DNA of 53,865 bases from a virus (lineage: Duplodnaviria; Caudoviricetes): the IMG/VR virus record IMGVR_UViG_3300042398_001110, positions 1 through 53,865 of that record; one strand, 5' to 3'. The translations under genes and the position numbers were made by a program. Positions 8,845-20,400 of the stretch are shown piece after piece. How positions within the stretch are numbered: the stretch's first letter is position 1; each line of letters begins with the position of its first letter. The notes under the pieces are model-generated. The model saw only the letters and a program-made list of their open reading frames with translations, did no database searches and was not told the origin of the DNA.

Positions 8845-11800
8845 TTAAACTGTTCCTGCCACTGAAAAAATATTTGGTAATCTATAACTATATAAGTCAG
8901 AAGATTTTAAATTTAAATTACTAACACCATTCTCACCAGCAAATAAACTAAAATAATCATTCACAAGAAAAGAATAAGCTGTATTTAACTCTTGTTCACT
9001 TAATACTCTATTATAAAAACTTATATCAAAATAATTGATACCAATTGTTGTGCTTCTATTTATTAACTTTAATGTTGTTTGATTTAAATTATTAATCAAT
9101 AACGGTAATTCCGTCGCGCTTACTGTAGAAAAATTAACTTGATTTCTATTTATAAAATAAAAATATTTATTTTGCACTCTTCTTATTTGTAAAACGAATG
9201 GCTGATACAAACTTGCAGATGAAATTTTGTGAATAACTGTATTTGAGCCTGAAGTCGTTAAGTCTATAGTCGCGCCTCCAGAAGAACTGGAGATTGTAAA
9301 AGTATTTGCGGCTGGCACAGTTTTTACATAATAAATTTGTTTTGTATATGGAGTGGATATATCATAAATATTTATCGGCAAAGGCAAACTGTCTCCAACA
9401 AATCCAATCGTATCTCCAACTAATAGATTATGATTAGTAGTTGTAGTTATCACATTTGTAGTCGTATTCACACTACTTATCGACAACAACGAATATAACT
9501 GTTTAGATATTTGCTGGCTTTTTGCATTTGAACCCATAGAAATAGCAACGTCTTTTTTATTTTGCAAACATGCGTTTTTATAATTAAAAAGTAAATTCTC
9601 TTTAAGATAACGATTATAAATTAACGGATCATTTTCAAAGGTCTCAAATTGATCTTTTGTAATATTTTCAGTATTTGCTGTATTAAACCAATCAAATAAA
9701 GATGCGTAAAGATAAGAAAATTTACCATTCACAGAATCAAACGCTGTATATGCAAAATTATCGAAACTACACACAAAAAACAAATCAAAATCAACACAAC
9801 TAACATTTGCAGATCCAAAATTTAATTCTAAAAATTGACTATTTTTTAAATTAATAGTTTCGTAGCCTAAGCTTTGATAATTAGCATTATAAGTTCCACC
9901 TGATGTACTACTCAAAGTGTAAGTAGAAATAGTAGTATCACTAGCCCATGAAGTACCACTAGCTATACCGCTATTTTTAAATCTAAATACGGGAGTAGAT
10001 GGCAATACATTATTATATAAATTAAATTTCAAATCGGATTCTGAATATGTTTCCGCTATTTTTCCAGGCAATCTGTTGGTTCGAATTGTATTAATAGGAT
10101 AATAAAGAACATAGTCTGGAAAAGGTGTAACTACTGCGTATCCATGATTATCTAAAAAGACATATCTATTTTCTTCTCTATTAGTTATATAATTTGTTGA
10201 TTTTATAAATTTTGAGTCTTTATAAGAGTCAATAAGTAAAGTTGCACTACCCATTTCACCATATCCCGAAGGGTTAACGGATACAACGTACCTACCAATT
10301 TGACCAACTCCTTGAGTAGGTCCAAGAACTGCGTTTCCCGCTGTGCTGTAAAAACCAACCGTCCAACGCAAAAATTTTTTATTATTGATAGGATCTAAAT
10401 AGAAATTTTTTGGCATCGAGCCATTTATTCCAACAAAATAAGTACGAGAAATGTTTGCAACTAATTGATCATGAAATGTATGTTTATCTGCAAGAGTATT
10501 ATACGCATAAATAAGTCCTGCTTTACCTCCTCCACCACCAGACGCTATTGCAGATGAAAGATTGTTGTTTATATTAACTTTTTGAGGATTACTCAATTGA
10601 CTATATAAATTATATTTTATATCTTTTCTTTTACCAACGTCCTGTATTTCGCTTTCAATTTTTAAAATAATTGCTGGACCACCATTTGAAGAATCATTAT
10701 ATCCTGCTTGATTCTCAAACGCTAAAAAAGAAGGCTTAGGAATAGCCCATAGGATTACATATTGATTTGTATTTGGTGGATAATCTGTTCCGTTTTTATT
10801 GCCAAACGGCTCATTTATATTTGTTCCATTTCCCATTGCGCCTAAAATTTGAGTTGTGCTGGGAATATAAAAATTAACGAATGTTCCTCCGACTCCACTA
10901 AAATTTTGAAAAATCCCTTCTAAATTAATCGCTCCTTTAGATGTGTCAATAGATTGAAAAATGCTATTTTCTGGCAAATAAACGTTTATACCAGAATAAC
11001 CAGTAAAATTAGCACTCCCTAAATTAGCTTCTATTATTTTACTATATAAATCGTATGTAGACGTAAAAAAAGAATTGTCGGGAGTTATATGAAAATCAAA
11101 AGCTTGTTTTTCTATTTTAATATTTATTGGAGTTCCAGAATATCCAATAAAGACTTCACTTGAAACCGGATCTGATAAAGATTCTACTCCACTAGCATAA
11201 ATTGAAACTCCACTGTTATTGTTAGAATATGTATGTATTCTAGCGTAATAATCCGTTTCTCTTGCTAGTGCTGTAAAATCGTCCTGTGTTACTACATTTT
11301 TTATATCATCATCTCCAAATCCATAATACGTAGAAAACTTAGGGTTTTGATTTGTGTTTTCTGCTATTCTAATTTGTTTAGTGTACGCTACGGGTGACGA
11401 AAAAGAAGAATTTGTGGATATTTCTAAAGTGTATCCAGTAATAAAATAATTGTGTAAATTGTCTCCTGTTATACCTGTTGGAGGTTTCCAATAAAAATTA
11501 TAAGCTGGAGGATTAAAGTTGCTAATTACTCTAAAAGATCTTGGATTGCCTCCGGTAATGTTTAAAATTCTTTTACCTGTTATGTTTAAAGTTATATCTC
11601 CACTAGGATCTACGCTGCCATCTTCAATCGATGTAGATTGAATTGTCAAATCTGTAATTTCATCTCCTATAGAAGAAGTTATAGTTGGCCTATAAAAAAC
11701 ATCAAAAAGATCAAACGAATCTGGATTTACGACAAAAGAACTTTTAGAAATACTAAAATTTGTATCGTTTGAGTTTTCAACAGAGTAAGATACTTGAGCG

Positions 11801-11892
11801 TTTCCACTATTAAAAACAGTTATTGGAAAATGAATACCAAAACCAGTTAAGCAATTACCAATATTTGTACCAGTTATTTTTACATAGCTCAT
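8845..11892 (-). CDS. Multidomain minor tail protein (Ig-like, FN3-like, Gly-rich and lectin-like segments)
   Basis: Beta-rich N-terminus, FYWKPP...YYARIHTY FN3-like pattern, SGGGGG, C-terminal YNRVLSEQE (LamG-like); lies between the M-like and L-like genes. Confidence 0.6.
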   Translation of the reverse strand: MSYVKITGTNIGNCLTGFGIHFPITVFNSGNAQVSYSVENSNDTNFSISKSSFVVNPDSFDLFDVFYRPTITSSIGDEITDLTIQSTSIEDGSVDPSGDITLNITGKRILNITGGNPRSFRVISNFNPPAYNFYWKPPTGITGDNLHNYFITGYTLEISTNSSFSSPVAYTKQIRIAENTNQNPKFSTYYGFGDDDIKNVVTQDDFTALARETDYYARIHTYSNNNSGVSIYASGVESLSDPVSSEVFIGYSGTPINIKIEKQAFDFHITPDNSFFTSTYDLYSKIIEANLGSANFTGYSGINVYLPENSIFQSIDTSKGAINLEGIFQNFSGVGGTFVNFYIPSTTQILGAMGNGTNINEPFGNKNGTDYPPNTNQYVILWAIPKPSFLAFENQAGYNDSSNGGPAIILKIESEIQDVGKRKDIKYNLYSQLSNPQKVNINNNLSSAIASGGGGGKAGLIYAYNTLADKHTFHDQLVANISRTYFVGINGSMPKNFYLDPINNKKFLRWTVGFYSTAGNAVLGPTQGVGQIGRYVVSVNPSGYGEMGSATLLIDSYKDSKFIKSTNYITNREENRYVFLDNHGYAVVTPFPDYVLYYPINTIRTNRLPGKIAETYSESDLKFNLYNNVLPSTPVFRFKNSGIASGTSWASDTTISTYTLSSTSGGTYNANYQSLGYETINLKNSQFLELNFGSANVSCVDFDLFFVCSFDNFAYTAFDSVNGKFSYLYASLFDWFNTANTENITKDQFETFENDPLIYNRYLKENLLFNYKNACLQNKKDVAISMGSNAKSQQISKQLYSLLSISSVNTTTNVITTTTNHNLLVGDTIGFVGDSLPLPINIYDISTPYTKQIYYVKTVPAANTFTISSSSGGATIDLTTSGSNTVIHKISSASLYQPFVLQIRRVQNKYFYFINRNQVNFSTVSATELPLLINNLNQTTLKLINRSTTIGINYFDISFYNRVLSEQELNTAYSFLVNDYFSLFAGENGVSNLNLKSSDLYSYRLPNIFSVAGTV

Positions 11893-13898
11893 AGTTTTAT
11901 AATAGTATTAAAATAAACATCTGAAATTAATTTTCCTTTAAATTCTAAAAATTTTACATTAATGTCGTGATTATCTTTAAATTTATAAGTATGACTCCAT
12001 TCTGGACAATAAAAAGTTAACTGTTTATTGTAAGGCTCTGGTAAAGTAAATTCAAATAATTTAAAACCACATCGATCATCTAAAAACTTTAAAACAGCAA
12101 AAGCTTCTTTATCAGATCTATTAGTAAAAGACAAAGATAGATCTAATATATTTTTATTTATTCCATCTTGTTCGAACGCCACAGAAGTCATTTCGTATTC
12201 ATTTTTTAAAAATCTAGGCTTCAACGGAATGGCAAAATCTAAATCTGGTTTAAAATAAAAATCTTTAGTAAATAAACTATTTGCACCAGTTGGACTTTGA
12301 CTTAAATTTAAAGATGTTGATGCGTCACCAGTATACCAATAATATCCACCATTAATAACAGAAGGATTGTTATAATAAATTACATCGTGTTTATTATATA
12401 TATTATTAAGTATAAAAGGTCTAATCGCTGATGTATCAGTGATTGAATAACCTCTATAGTTTAAATTAGAATCGTAAGCTGTTGTGCAATTGATTACTAT
12501 ATTATTAATGTTTGAATCTACGGATTTGTAATCTAAATTTTCAAAATAAATTTTAGCGTCATTTCTATAAGGATAAAATAAATCCATAGAAACATTTTCA
12601 TAAGAATCTACCATAGTTAAAGGTTCGTTTTCAAAAGAACTTTGAAAATAACCTGCTAATGCGTGCGCTTGTTTATCTGTTAATCCCTCGTAATTAATTG
12701 AAAAATTTGTTGCTAAATTATTAGCGTTAGGTATAACATTTAAAAAATAACCATCACCATAGTTAGCTTTTATAGCTTTCGTTGAAAAGTTTGCCGAACA
12801 TCCATATGTTTTATTAAAAAGATTATCAATATTTTTTGTTAAATGCAAAGACCCAGTTAAATTGATTGGAGCATAAGCATAACTTGTAGAAGTAAAATCA
12901 TCACTTGCGATATACAAGTTGTCATCGTTTTTAAAATATTTTTCAAATAAATATTTTTCTAACTTTAGAATCTCTTCATCTGTTGGCATTTTTGAATAAC
13001 CTATTATTTCATAATAAGATATATTGCTGGCATCATAATTATAATTAACACCATAATTAACTGCGCTAAGTATTTTACTATTACCAGCAGTTCCAATTCT
13101 CAAACTGGCGCACCCAGTAGCAAAAAAAGCAGCAGTGTTTTCGCTTAAAGTTTGAAATCCATTGTTTCTTACTCTTAAATTTGTTGTCGTGTTGTTTTTT
13201 AAAATAGAAACTATATTTTTATTGAATAAATTAGCCGCTGAAAAATCAGCGTTTATACTTGCTGCGGTAAGTTGATTTGGATCAGAATCAATAACAAAAC
13301 GTTGAGATCCAGGTTCCAAATTAAAATTTGTAATTTCTGAACCATTTATATTATTGCCATAAACTCCAAAAAAACCTGTAGATATCGTTGATGTATTTGC
13401 GTTATCTGTGTTAATAATCGTTGAATAATTTGCAAAATAACCTCCTACTTGTAAATTTCCTGCTCTTAAAGAATCAAACTTATAAACAACAAACCAACAT
13501 CTATCTCCTGTTATAAAACCACTGAAATTAGGAGAACCATTTGGTGGATATAGTTGATTATATATACCTTGACTTGCATCAGCAATGCATTGAACAGCAT
13601 TTGTAGTATTATTATAAATCGGTTTAGATCCGTCGCCATCATAATTATAAAGATTTTCAGTAGAATGACCGGGAGCAGAATTATACCAAACAGAAATTCT
13701 ACCAGAAGCATCAAAATCAAAAACATTTAAATCATCAGTTTTGAACCAAGCGAATAAACCAGATATATCGAGGGGATTTACACCATTACCAGTATAATAT
13801 TGATAATCAACTAAATCATATTTTTCATACGATACGTTATTAACATCAAAATCTTTTATACCTGAAACTGAAAACTGTGTATTTATAAACTTACTCAT
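11889..13898 (-). CDS. Distal tail protein with N-terminal LamG-like domain and two tandem lambda gpM-like domains
   Basis: ISGLFAWFKTDD...YSKMPTDEEILKLEKYL; then KANYGDGY..NN...TDKQAHALAGYF and INKN...RSDKEAFAVLKFLDDRCG..FEFTLP..FYCPEW. Confidence 0.75.
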   Translation of the reverse strand: MSKFINTQFSVSGIKDFDVNNVSYEKYDLVDYQYYTGNGVNPLDISGLFAWFKTDDLNVFDFDASGRISVWYNSAPGHSTENLYNYDGDGSKPIYNNTTNAVQCIADASQGIYNQLYPPNGSPNFSGFITGDRCWFVVYKFDSLRAGNLQVGGYFANYSTIINTDNANTSTISTGFFGVYGNNINGSEITNFNLEPGSQRFVIDSDPNQLTAASINADFSAANLFNKNIVSILKNNTTTNLRVRNNGFQTLSENTAAFFATGCASLRIGTAGNSKILSAVNYGVNYNYDASNISYYEIIGYSKMPTDEEILKLEKYLFEKYFKNDDNLYIASDDFTSTSYAYAPINLTGSLHLTKNIDNLFNKTYGCSANFSTKAIKANYGDGYFLNVIPNANNLATNFSINYEGLTDKQAHALAGYFQSSFENEPLTMVDSYENVSMDLFYPYRNDAKIYFENLDYKSVDSNINNIVINCTTAYDSNLNYRGYSITDTSAIRPFILNNIYNKHDVIYYNNPSVINGGYYWYTGDASTSLNLSQSPTGANSLFTKDFYFKPDLDFAIPLKPRFLKNEYEMTSVAFEQDGINKNILDLSLSFTNRSDKEAFAVLKFLDDRCGFKLFEFTLPEPYNKQLTFYCPEWSHTYKFKDNHDINVKFLEFKGKLISDVYFNTIIKL

Positions 13899-14701
13899 AA
13901 GCTATTCCTTAGTAACGCCAAACGTTGAGTGATAGACAAAGTACTTTGCAACACTCCATCATTAGAAACGTTTAAAGAACGTGATTCTATTTTTCCAGAA
14001 ACATTGAAAGTATTTAACAAAGTGTTGTTGTAGTTTTTTAGAAAGAGATCACAATAAACTGACTGTCCTTCTATTTGAGCAACATTTGTTTTTTTGAAAT
14101 AATTTCCATCTACAGACATAGATTTTGTTTTATTTGTCTTTGCTACTCTGAATGGAGAAATTTCTCCGTTAGCAAAAAAAGGCAACAAATTAACTTTTTC
14201 CGAATAATCAAACGAAAAAATTTCATCAAATCCAAAAACCCTATCGACATCCATTAAAAAAGTATGATGTGAATGAGATATATTATTACATTGAGAATTT
14301 CTTTTTGAAGAGAATGCGCTTAAGTTTGTTGTGCTATTTGTGGAGTTTATTGTTCCGTACCAATCAAATTCAGCAGACAACAACACAGGCTCAAAATTAG
14401 CAACTTTAAAAGATAAAGATTTTAGATAACATTTTGTTATTTCAATTCCAGCAAAGTTACAGTTCACCGAATCTTCATTAGTTGAAGTTGTGTTTAAATA
14501 AGAAGGAAGCGAGCCTGTTAAATAAAATTCTGTACTTAAAGATCCTATTATAGTATTATCTGGAGCGTATCTCAATAAGCTTCCATCAGATAACAAGACA
14601 GGAGAAATGTTAGACTGCAAAGAAATAGAAACAGAATTAGAATAAAAAATATCATTGTTTATTCTGAAATCTAAATTTTCATATTTTATGAATTTACTCA
14701 T
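13895..14701 (-). CDS. Tail-tube-fold minor tail protein (paralogue of the major tube)
   Basis: CYLKSLSFKV..FEPV..SAEFDWYG and IFSFDYS...GKIESRSLNV..LQSTLSI patterns resemble 29220..30584 and 16454..17404. Confidence 0.55.
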   Translation of the reverse strand: MSKFIKYENLDFRINNDIFYSNSVSISLQSNISPVLLSDGSLLRYAPDNTIIGSLSTEFYLTGSLPSYLNTTSTNEDSVNCNFAGIEITKCYLKSLSFKVANFEPVLLSAEFDWYGTINSTNSTTNLSAFSSKRNSQCNNISHSHHTFLMDVDRVFGFDEIFSFDYSEKVNLLPFFANGEISPFRVAKTNKTKSMSVDGNYFKKTNVAQIEGQSVYCDLFLKNYNNTLLNTFNVSGKIESRSLNVSNDGVLQSTLSITQRLALLRNSL

Positions 14702-16452
14702 TATACAATAATATATCTAAAAGAACTAGTCATTTGAACCACAGCGTTTAATGGGGTAGGGCCAGATGTGAACAATCTAAATTGAAGGAGTTGACCAGCA
14801 GCAAAGGAATGAGACGTAGGAATAACTAAAGTTGTTGTACCTGCAACTAATGATGTAATCGTGGTTGTATATTTGACATTTGCCGTATCAGTAGTGTCAC
14901 CAATATTATTTGTTGTAGAACTTGCTGCTGCTGGAGTTATTGCATAAAATTGAAAAATTACATTACTTATCGCGATAGTTGCTGTAACAGAAAACCTAAT
15001 TCTTTGTAGACTACCAGCATACATAGCGACTCCAAAAGGAGCATTACCAATAATATTAGAATTATTAGACGCAGAAGAAGCGTTAGTACCAAAAGGATCT
15101 ATATATATATGACTTGATCCAGCCAAGCTAGTGGTATAAACTTGTATATATTGGCCTTTACAATAACTGCTAGCTGTAGTATAACTACCATCTATATCTA
15201 AATTTCCGGCAGTTGATAATTTCGCAACAACGTCTGGGCTTGCACCAAAATATCCATTTTTTATAAACACAAAATCATCATTACCTCCAAAAGTTGTATC
15301 GTTATATATGTTTCCTATTGACCACACATCAACATCAGGACTAAAATCATCATGTCTAGAAAAAGTTACAAAAGAATTTCTTGGTCCCGAGTCTCCACCA
15401 GGAAGATCAATAACCTTATTACTAGCTATTATTATTTCACATGTTTTTTCATAATCTGTTTCAAAATAAGCCAAAGAATTACCTGCACTTGTTGATTTTA
15501 AATGCAATTTATATAATGGACTTGTATTACCTATTCCCAAAAGCCCATTACCAGCCATGCTATAAACAAGGTTAGTACTAGTTAGTGAATTAGAGCTTCC
15601 AATATATATCTTATTTGCAGAAACTCCAATATGAGCGGTATTCGTAGTATTTTTTAAACTTAAAGATGTATTTGTTTGATTTGTTTCAAATCTGCTGACT
15701 TGAGTAGCAGCACCACTTACATGCATTGTATAAGCTGGAATTGTATGACCAATACCTACTTTAGGAGTAGTTGAGTCATTATCTATATATATGGCATTTT
15801 TTCCTAAATTAATATCCCCAAGGTTATTATAATTTAATAATAAAATTTCATCAGTAGCGCTAGTTTTTATTTCTCCAGTATATGGATCAAAAATCAAAGC
15901 ATTTCCTGAATTTTGAAATTGAATAAATTCACCACTAATTAAAAACTTATTAGTTAAACCACCAGTAGTACCATGAATTGCAAAATTACCACTTTGATCA
16001 ACTGCCATTAAATTAGTAAAACTAGAACCACCATTAACGGAGGATTCTAAATATAGTTTTGTATCGTTTGGCTTTTTAGAGAATTGATAGTAAACGCTTG
16101 GATCTGTAATAGAAATTCCAATTTTTCTAGCACTACCACCACTGATTCTTATTTGACCTAAACCTAGGGTTGCGCCTGGAACATCAACAACATCTAATGA
16201 TACACCTGGAGTTCTATCATTTATACCTACAAAACCATAATCTCCACTTACTGAAAGACCGAAAACTCCAGCATCTTCAAAAATTGTAAAACCATTATCA
16301 TTTTGAGCGGTGAAGCCCGTAAAAGATTGAGACAATTCATCTCTTGTTATTTTATTGTCTTGTGAGGAATTGGCATTCGATATTAAAAAAATGTCGTCTC
16401 CCAAAACATTTGCATTTAGTTTGTCCGATAAAGATGAAAGAGGGATTGACAT
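14701..16452 (-). CDS. Short tail fibre/spike-like protein
   Basis: Repeated VGINDRTP / VGIGHTIP / LGIGNTSP..LH motifs typical of trimeric beta-fibres; location in the tail-tip block. Confidence 0.6.
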   Translation of the reverse strand: MSIPLSSLSDKLNANVLGDDIFLISNANSSQDNKITRDELSQSFTGFTAQNDNGFTIFEDAGVFGLSVSGDYGFVGINDRTPGVSLDVVDVPGATLGLGQIRISGGSARKIGISITDPSVYYQFSKKPNDTKLYLESSVNGGSSFTNLMAVDQSGNFAIHGTTGGLTNKFLISGEFIQFQNSGNALIFDPYTGEIKTSATDEILLLNYNNLGDINLGKNAIYIDNDSTTPKVGIGHTIPAYTMHVSGAATQVSRFETNQTNTSLSLKNTTNTAHIGVSANKIYIGSSNSLTSTNLVYSMAGNGLLGIGNTSPLYKLHLKSTSAGNSLAYFETDYEKTCEIIIASNKVIDLPGGDSGPRNSFVTFSRHDDFSPDVDVWSIGNIYNDTTFGGNDDFVFIKNGYFGASPDVVAKLSTAGNLDIDGSYTTASSYCKGQYIQVYTTSLAGSSHIYIDPFGTNASSASNNSNIIGNAPFGVAMYAGSLQRIRFSVTATIAISNVIFQFYAITPAAASSTTNNIGDTTDTANVKYTTTITSLVAGTTTLVIPTSHSFAAGQLLQFRLFTSGPTPLNAVVQMTSSFRYIIV

Positions 16453-16453
16453 A

Positions 16454-17404
16454 TTAATTATTTAAATATCCTTTATAATTAAGATTTACACTTAAAATGT
16501 CGTCGGCAGTTGAATTAAATTCTTGAGATATTAGTTTAACATTATTAAATGATTGATTAAAAATATTTATTCCTAAAGCTTTTTGATATAAAAGCAAATC
16601 ATCGCCTCCATTAACTCTTAAATTTTGCTTGTTAGTCGGTGTGCTGCCAATCTCTAAAACTTCATCTTGAAAAATTGTTCCATTTATTGATATTGAAAAA
16701 TTAGCATCTGTATCATTATTCAATATATCATATAATGATTTTGAACTGTAATCATCAACTTCTAAAGTAAAAGACGCTTCAATTTCAATAGGTAATTTTA
16801 ATAAAACTTCAGAAGGTATATAGTTTAATATGGGCGGCAACAATACTGATGGAGTATAACCGCTTTGATATAATGTATAAATAGGTTCTTTCGGGCAATT
16901 AATGGTATAATTAAAATTTGTAATTCTATTTGTGCTAGATCCACTACAACTTAATACAATATCTTTTACTTGTGGAACTGATATAGATGAAGGTTTGCGA
17001 TTTCCTGATGCATTATAATCTGGCCCCACATCTCCATAAACAACAATATCTGACGTTGTCGTTGGCACTTCTCCTACAGAACAAGAAAGATTTAATGAAT
17101 TTAGATAGCCTGATAAAAAACCAAATTTTTTATTTGAATAATTTAAACTGCCGCGAAAAGATTTTGCTGTTCTATCTGGATTTTCTCCAGTAAATTTTAA
17201 AAACGGATCGTTATATAATAAATATTTACTTATAGAAAAACTTGCAACTGGTACTTCAGCGATAACTTGTTTGTTATATCCAACGCCTATTGTTTTGATT
17301 GGCGCGTAATTAATATTATAATTCCCATTAACTGATGTTATACCAGATATAGTACTATCATTTAAGAAAAAATAATTTTCGTAATTTAATGTCGCGCCTT
17401 TCAT
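16454..17404 (-). CDS. Tail-tube-fold minor tail protein (baseplate tube-like paralogue)
   Basis: GYLNSLNLSCSVGEVPT matches tube NVFISEYGFEASVGAIPT; RITNFNYTI..LPIEIEASF matches HIQSFSFTL..VPINMDLSM; immediately after the TMP. Confidence 0.65.
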   Translation of the reverse strand: MKGATLNYENYFFLNDSTISGITSVNGNYNINYAPIKTIGVGYNKQVIAEVPVASFSISKYLLYNDPFLKFTGENPDRTAKSFRGSLNYSNKKFGFLSGYLNSLNLSCSVGEVPTTTSDIVVYGDVGPDYNASGNRKPSSISVPQVKDIVLSCSGSSTNRITNFNYTINCPKEPIYTLYQSGYTPSVLLPPILNYIPSEVLLKLPIEIEASFTLEVDDYSSKSLYDILNNDTDANFSISINGTIFQDEVLEIGSTPTNKQNLRVNGGDDLLLYQKALGINIFNQSFNNVKLISQEFNSTADDILSVNLNYKGYLNN

Positions 17405-17405
17405 A

Positions 17406-20400
17406 TTATGAATTTCTTGCTCCAGCTAATGAACCGCCAAATTGTTTTTCTTTTCTAATTACTTCGCCAACAGCAGCATATATCTTATTATTCAAATTCT
17501 TGGACAACTCAACATCTTGTTGTTCGTAGCTTGTTGTATTGCTTCCCATCTTTAAAGATCCATCTCTTTGAACGCTTGTATTAAAGTTAAATGAATTATT
17601 TGCGCTCGTATTATTATTAACCGTGGAGTTGCTATTTCCAGCACTACTAATTGATGAACCACCGCTTTGCATACCAGTTCCGTATCTTTTCACCATTGGA
17701 GAATCGTATAGTCCGCCTTCCATATAACCGGGAATCGTATCAGAAAGACGAGAACCAATTAAGCCGCCTGTTTGTTTGCCTGCTTTTTTTGGAGCAAATG
17801 GATTCATAGAACCTCTTTGATAAAAAGGAAGTTGACCACTTTGTAAAGGACCAGAAAAAATAGATTTAAATCCAGTATTAGGCGTTCCTCCTATATATTG
17901 ACCTGTTGGGCTAAGTAAACCTTTATTCATTAAAGGTCTAATAGACATAGACTCTGCTTTAGTTAATTCAGCACCAGATGTTAATTTACCTGAAAGGGCT
18001 TGAGTTTTTGTAGCTTGCATATTTTGAGCCACATTAGAAATTCCTGCACCAATAGCTATTGTTGCAGCAGCAGCCACTAAACTACCAATCATTGCTGCTT
18101 TTTGTTGTTTGTCGGCTAGTTTTTTCGCTCTATCTTCTGCGGCTTTTTGTTTTGCAGCATCATTTAATTCATTATAATATGGATCGTTTTCTAATCCCAT
18201 TTGAGTCATATTATTTTCCATGCTAGAAATGTCATTAAATTCTTTACTGAATGCTCCACCACTAGCAAAACGAGGTGCAGCAGAGAAATTCAAGGTATCA
18301 AGAGCAGCAGGACCACCCATCGCCATTACCGCTCTTCTATTTAATACATATTCACCATTCTCAAGCATAGCTGGATATTTATCGCCAGTTCCCGTGCCTG
18401 ATATATACATACCAGATTGAGCGCGAATTATCCCGCCTTTTTGACTCGGAACTGGAATTGCACTTGCTGAACCGAAACCTTGCGCTAAACTAGGAGCAAA
18501 TGAACCCATAATTTGATAAATACCAGATCTCATCATCATAGTACTTATTTCATCAAGAAATTTACTTGCTATACCCGTTAAAGCTTGACCTAAATTATCT
18601 GATTCTTTAATTGCGGCTTTTATACCATCAACTAGACCATCAGCAAACATTTTTGGCAATTGTCTTCCTATAGTTCCAATCAACATTTCTCCTTCAGTAG
18701 CTAAATCTCTAAATCCAGCTTTAAATTGAAAAACAAAATCTCTTGATAATTCCATTGCCATAAGAGCTTCTTTAAATTTTTCAGCAGCAATATTTAAATC
18801 ATCAGCACTTTCCTTTTCAGTAAGAGCTATGTCTTTTCTAATATTACTTATTTTTTGTAAATAGTCTTTTTGTTTATCAGTTGCTTTTTGCATATCCAAT
18901 GTTCCAAATTGATCTTTTATAAAATTTTCTGTCTTTTTTAAATTTTCTTCTGGTTTTGATAAATCAAAAGATTTTGATAACGCTAGATAAGCGGTTTTTT
19001 GAGCGTCTGATAAATTATAATAATCTTGTATATTTGTCGTTAAAAGTGTTTTAGAAATGCCTAATTCTTTTGTTCTTTTTTCTGATTCAGCGTCTTGAAT
19101 ATCAAAGTCATATTGAGTTTGTAAACTACTTCTTTTTCCATATAAAGATTCATCAATCATCATTGTATTTGGCCGTCTCACTCCTCTTAAATTTTTTTGA
19201 AATTCATCTTGTCTAGATAAATCTTTAAAAGAGTAATCTAAATCATTAACAAAATCTTTTAATTGTTGATTTAAATTAGCCACCGCTTCAGCAGCATCCG
19301 TCAAACCTTGAATCTGTTTGTCTTGACTTGTCTGATATTCATCAAATTTGCTAACAGCAACAACAAAACCATCAGCCAAAGCAGTGCCTAATAAACTTCC
19401 AGAAGTTGCTGCTTCTTTTAATGTTGCTACAATTGATTCTAATTCAGTACCTTGTAATCCTCCTTGTTTTAACAATTCAGTTAAATCACCAGTTCTAAAC
19501 TGTCCAAGTCCAAATGAACTTTCAAGTTCACTAGAATAAACTCTTGAAATTTCCACGATAGCATTGCGATCTACTTTTGACATAGATTTGAAAAAATTTG
19601 GATTCTCTTTGTAAATCGTTTCTCTTGTTTTTTTATTTGCTAAATCAATTTTAGAAAGTTCTTTTTCTTTCACTCCTCCAATACCCAAAAATTGCATCAT
19701 ACTATTTACTCCTCCAGAAGCAAATTTCATAAATTTAGCAACCTGACCAGTTCCCCCCTCTTCTTTTATTTTAAGAAGACCTGCCGATTTTAAAGTTTCA
19801 AAAGAATATTTTTTCTGAACTAATATAGCATCATTTAATACTGAAGTAGCTTCTTTTTGTTTTAAAGAGTATTCTTGAACTACCGCAGATAAAGAGTTAA
19901 TATCAGTACCTGCTAATTTTATTTTATTGGCAAAATCTGCATCTTTAATTGATGAAAGCTCCGCTCTAAGAGAAACAAGATTTTTTTTAATATCTTTTGG
20001 AGAAGTAGATTTACTTATTTCTTCTTGAATTACAAGGTATCTCTCAGCGCTTGAAATATTTTCAATAATTTTATTTTTTTGTTCTTCTTGTCTTTCTTTT
20101 AACTCTTCAACGCTTAAACTAGCGCTATCTAAAGCTGATTTAAGAGCGATCAAACCTCCAACCGCACCTCCAATTAATGCTCCAGGTAAACCAGCAGCTT
20201 GTGCGCCAATGCCTACACCTGTTGTTACAGCGCTTAAACCCGTACTTGAAAACGATTGCGCCATTCTTTCATTCGAAGACATTTCACTTCTTTTCTTATC
20301 TCCGAAAACAGATTGTTCAACTAATCCAGCAATTGTAGGACCAGCAACAGATATTGCAGTTCCAGCTCGCGAAAGACCTCTAGAAAACCTTGAAAATTTT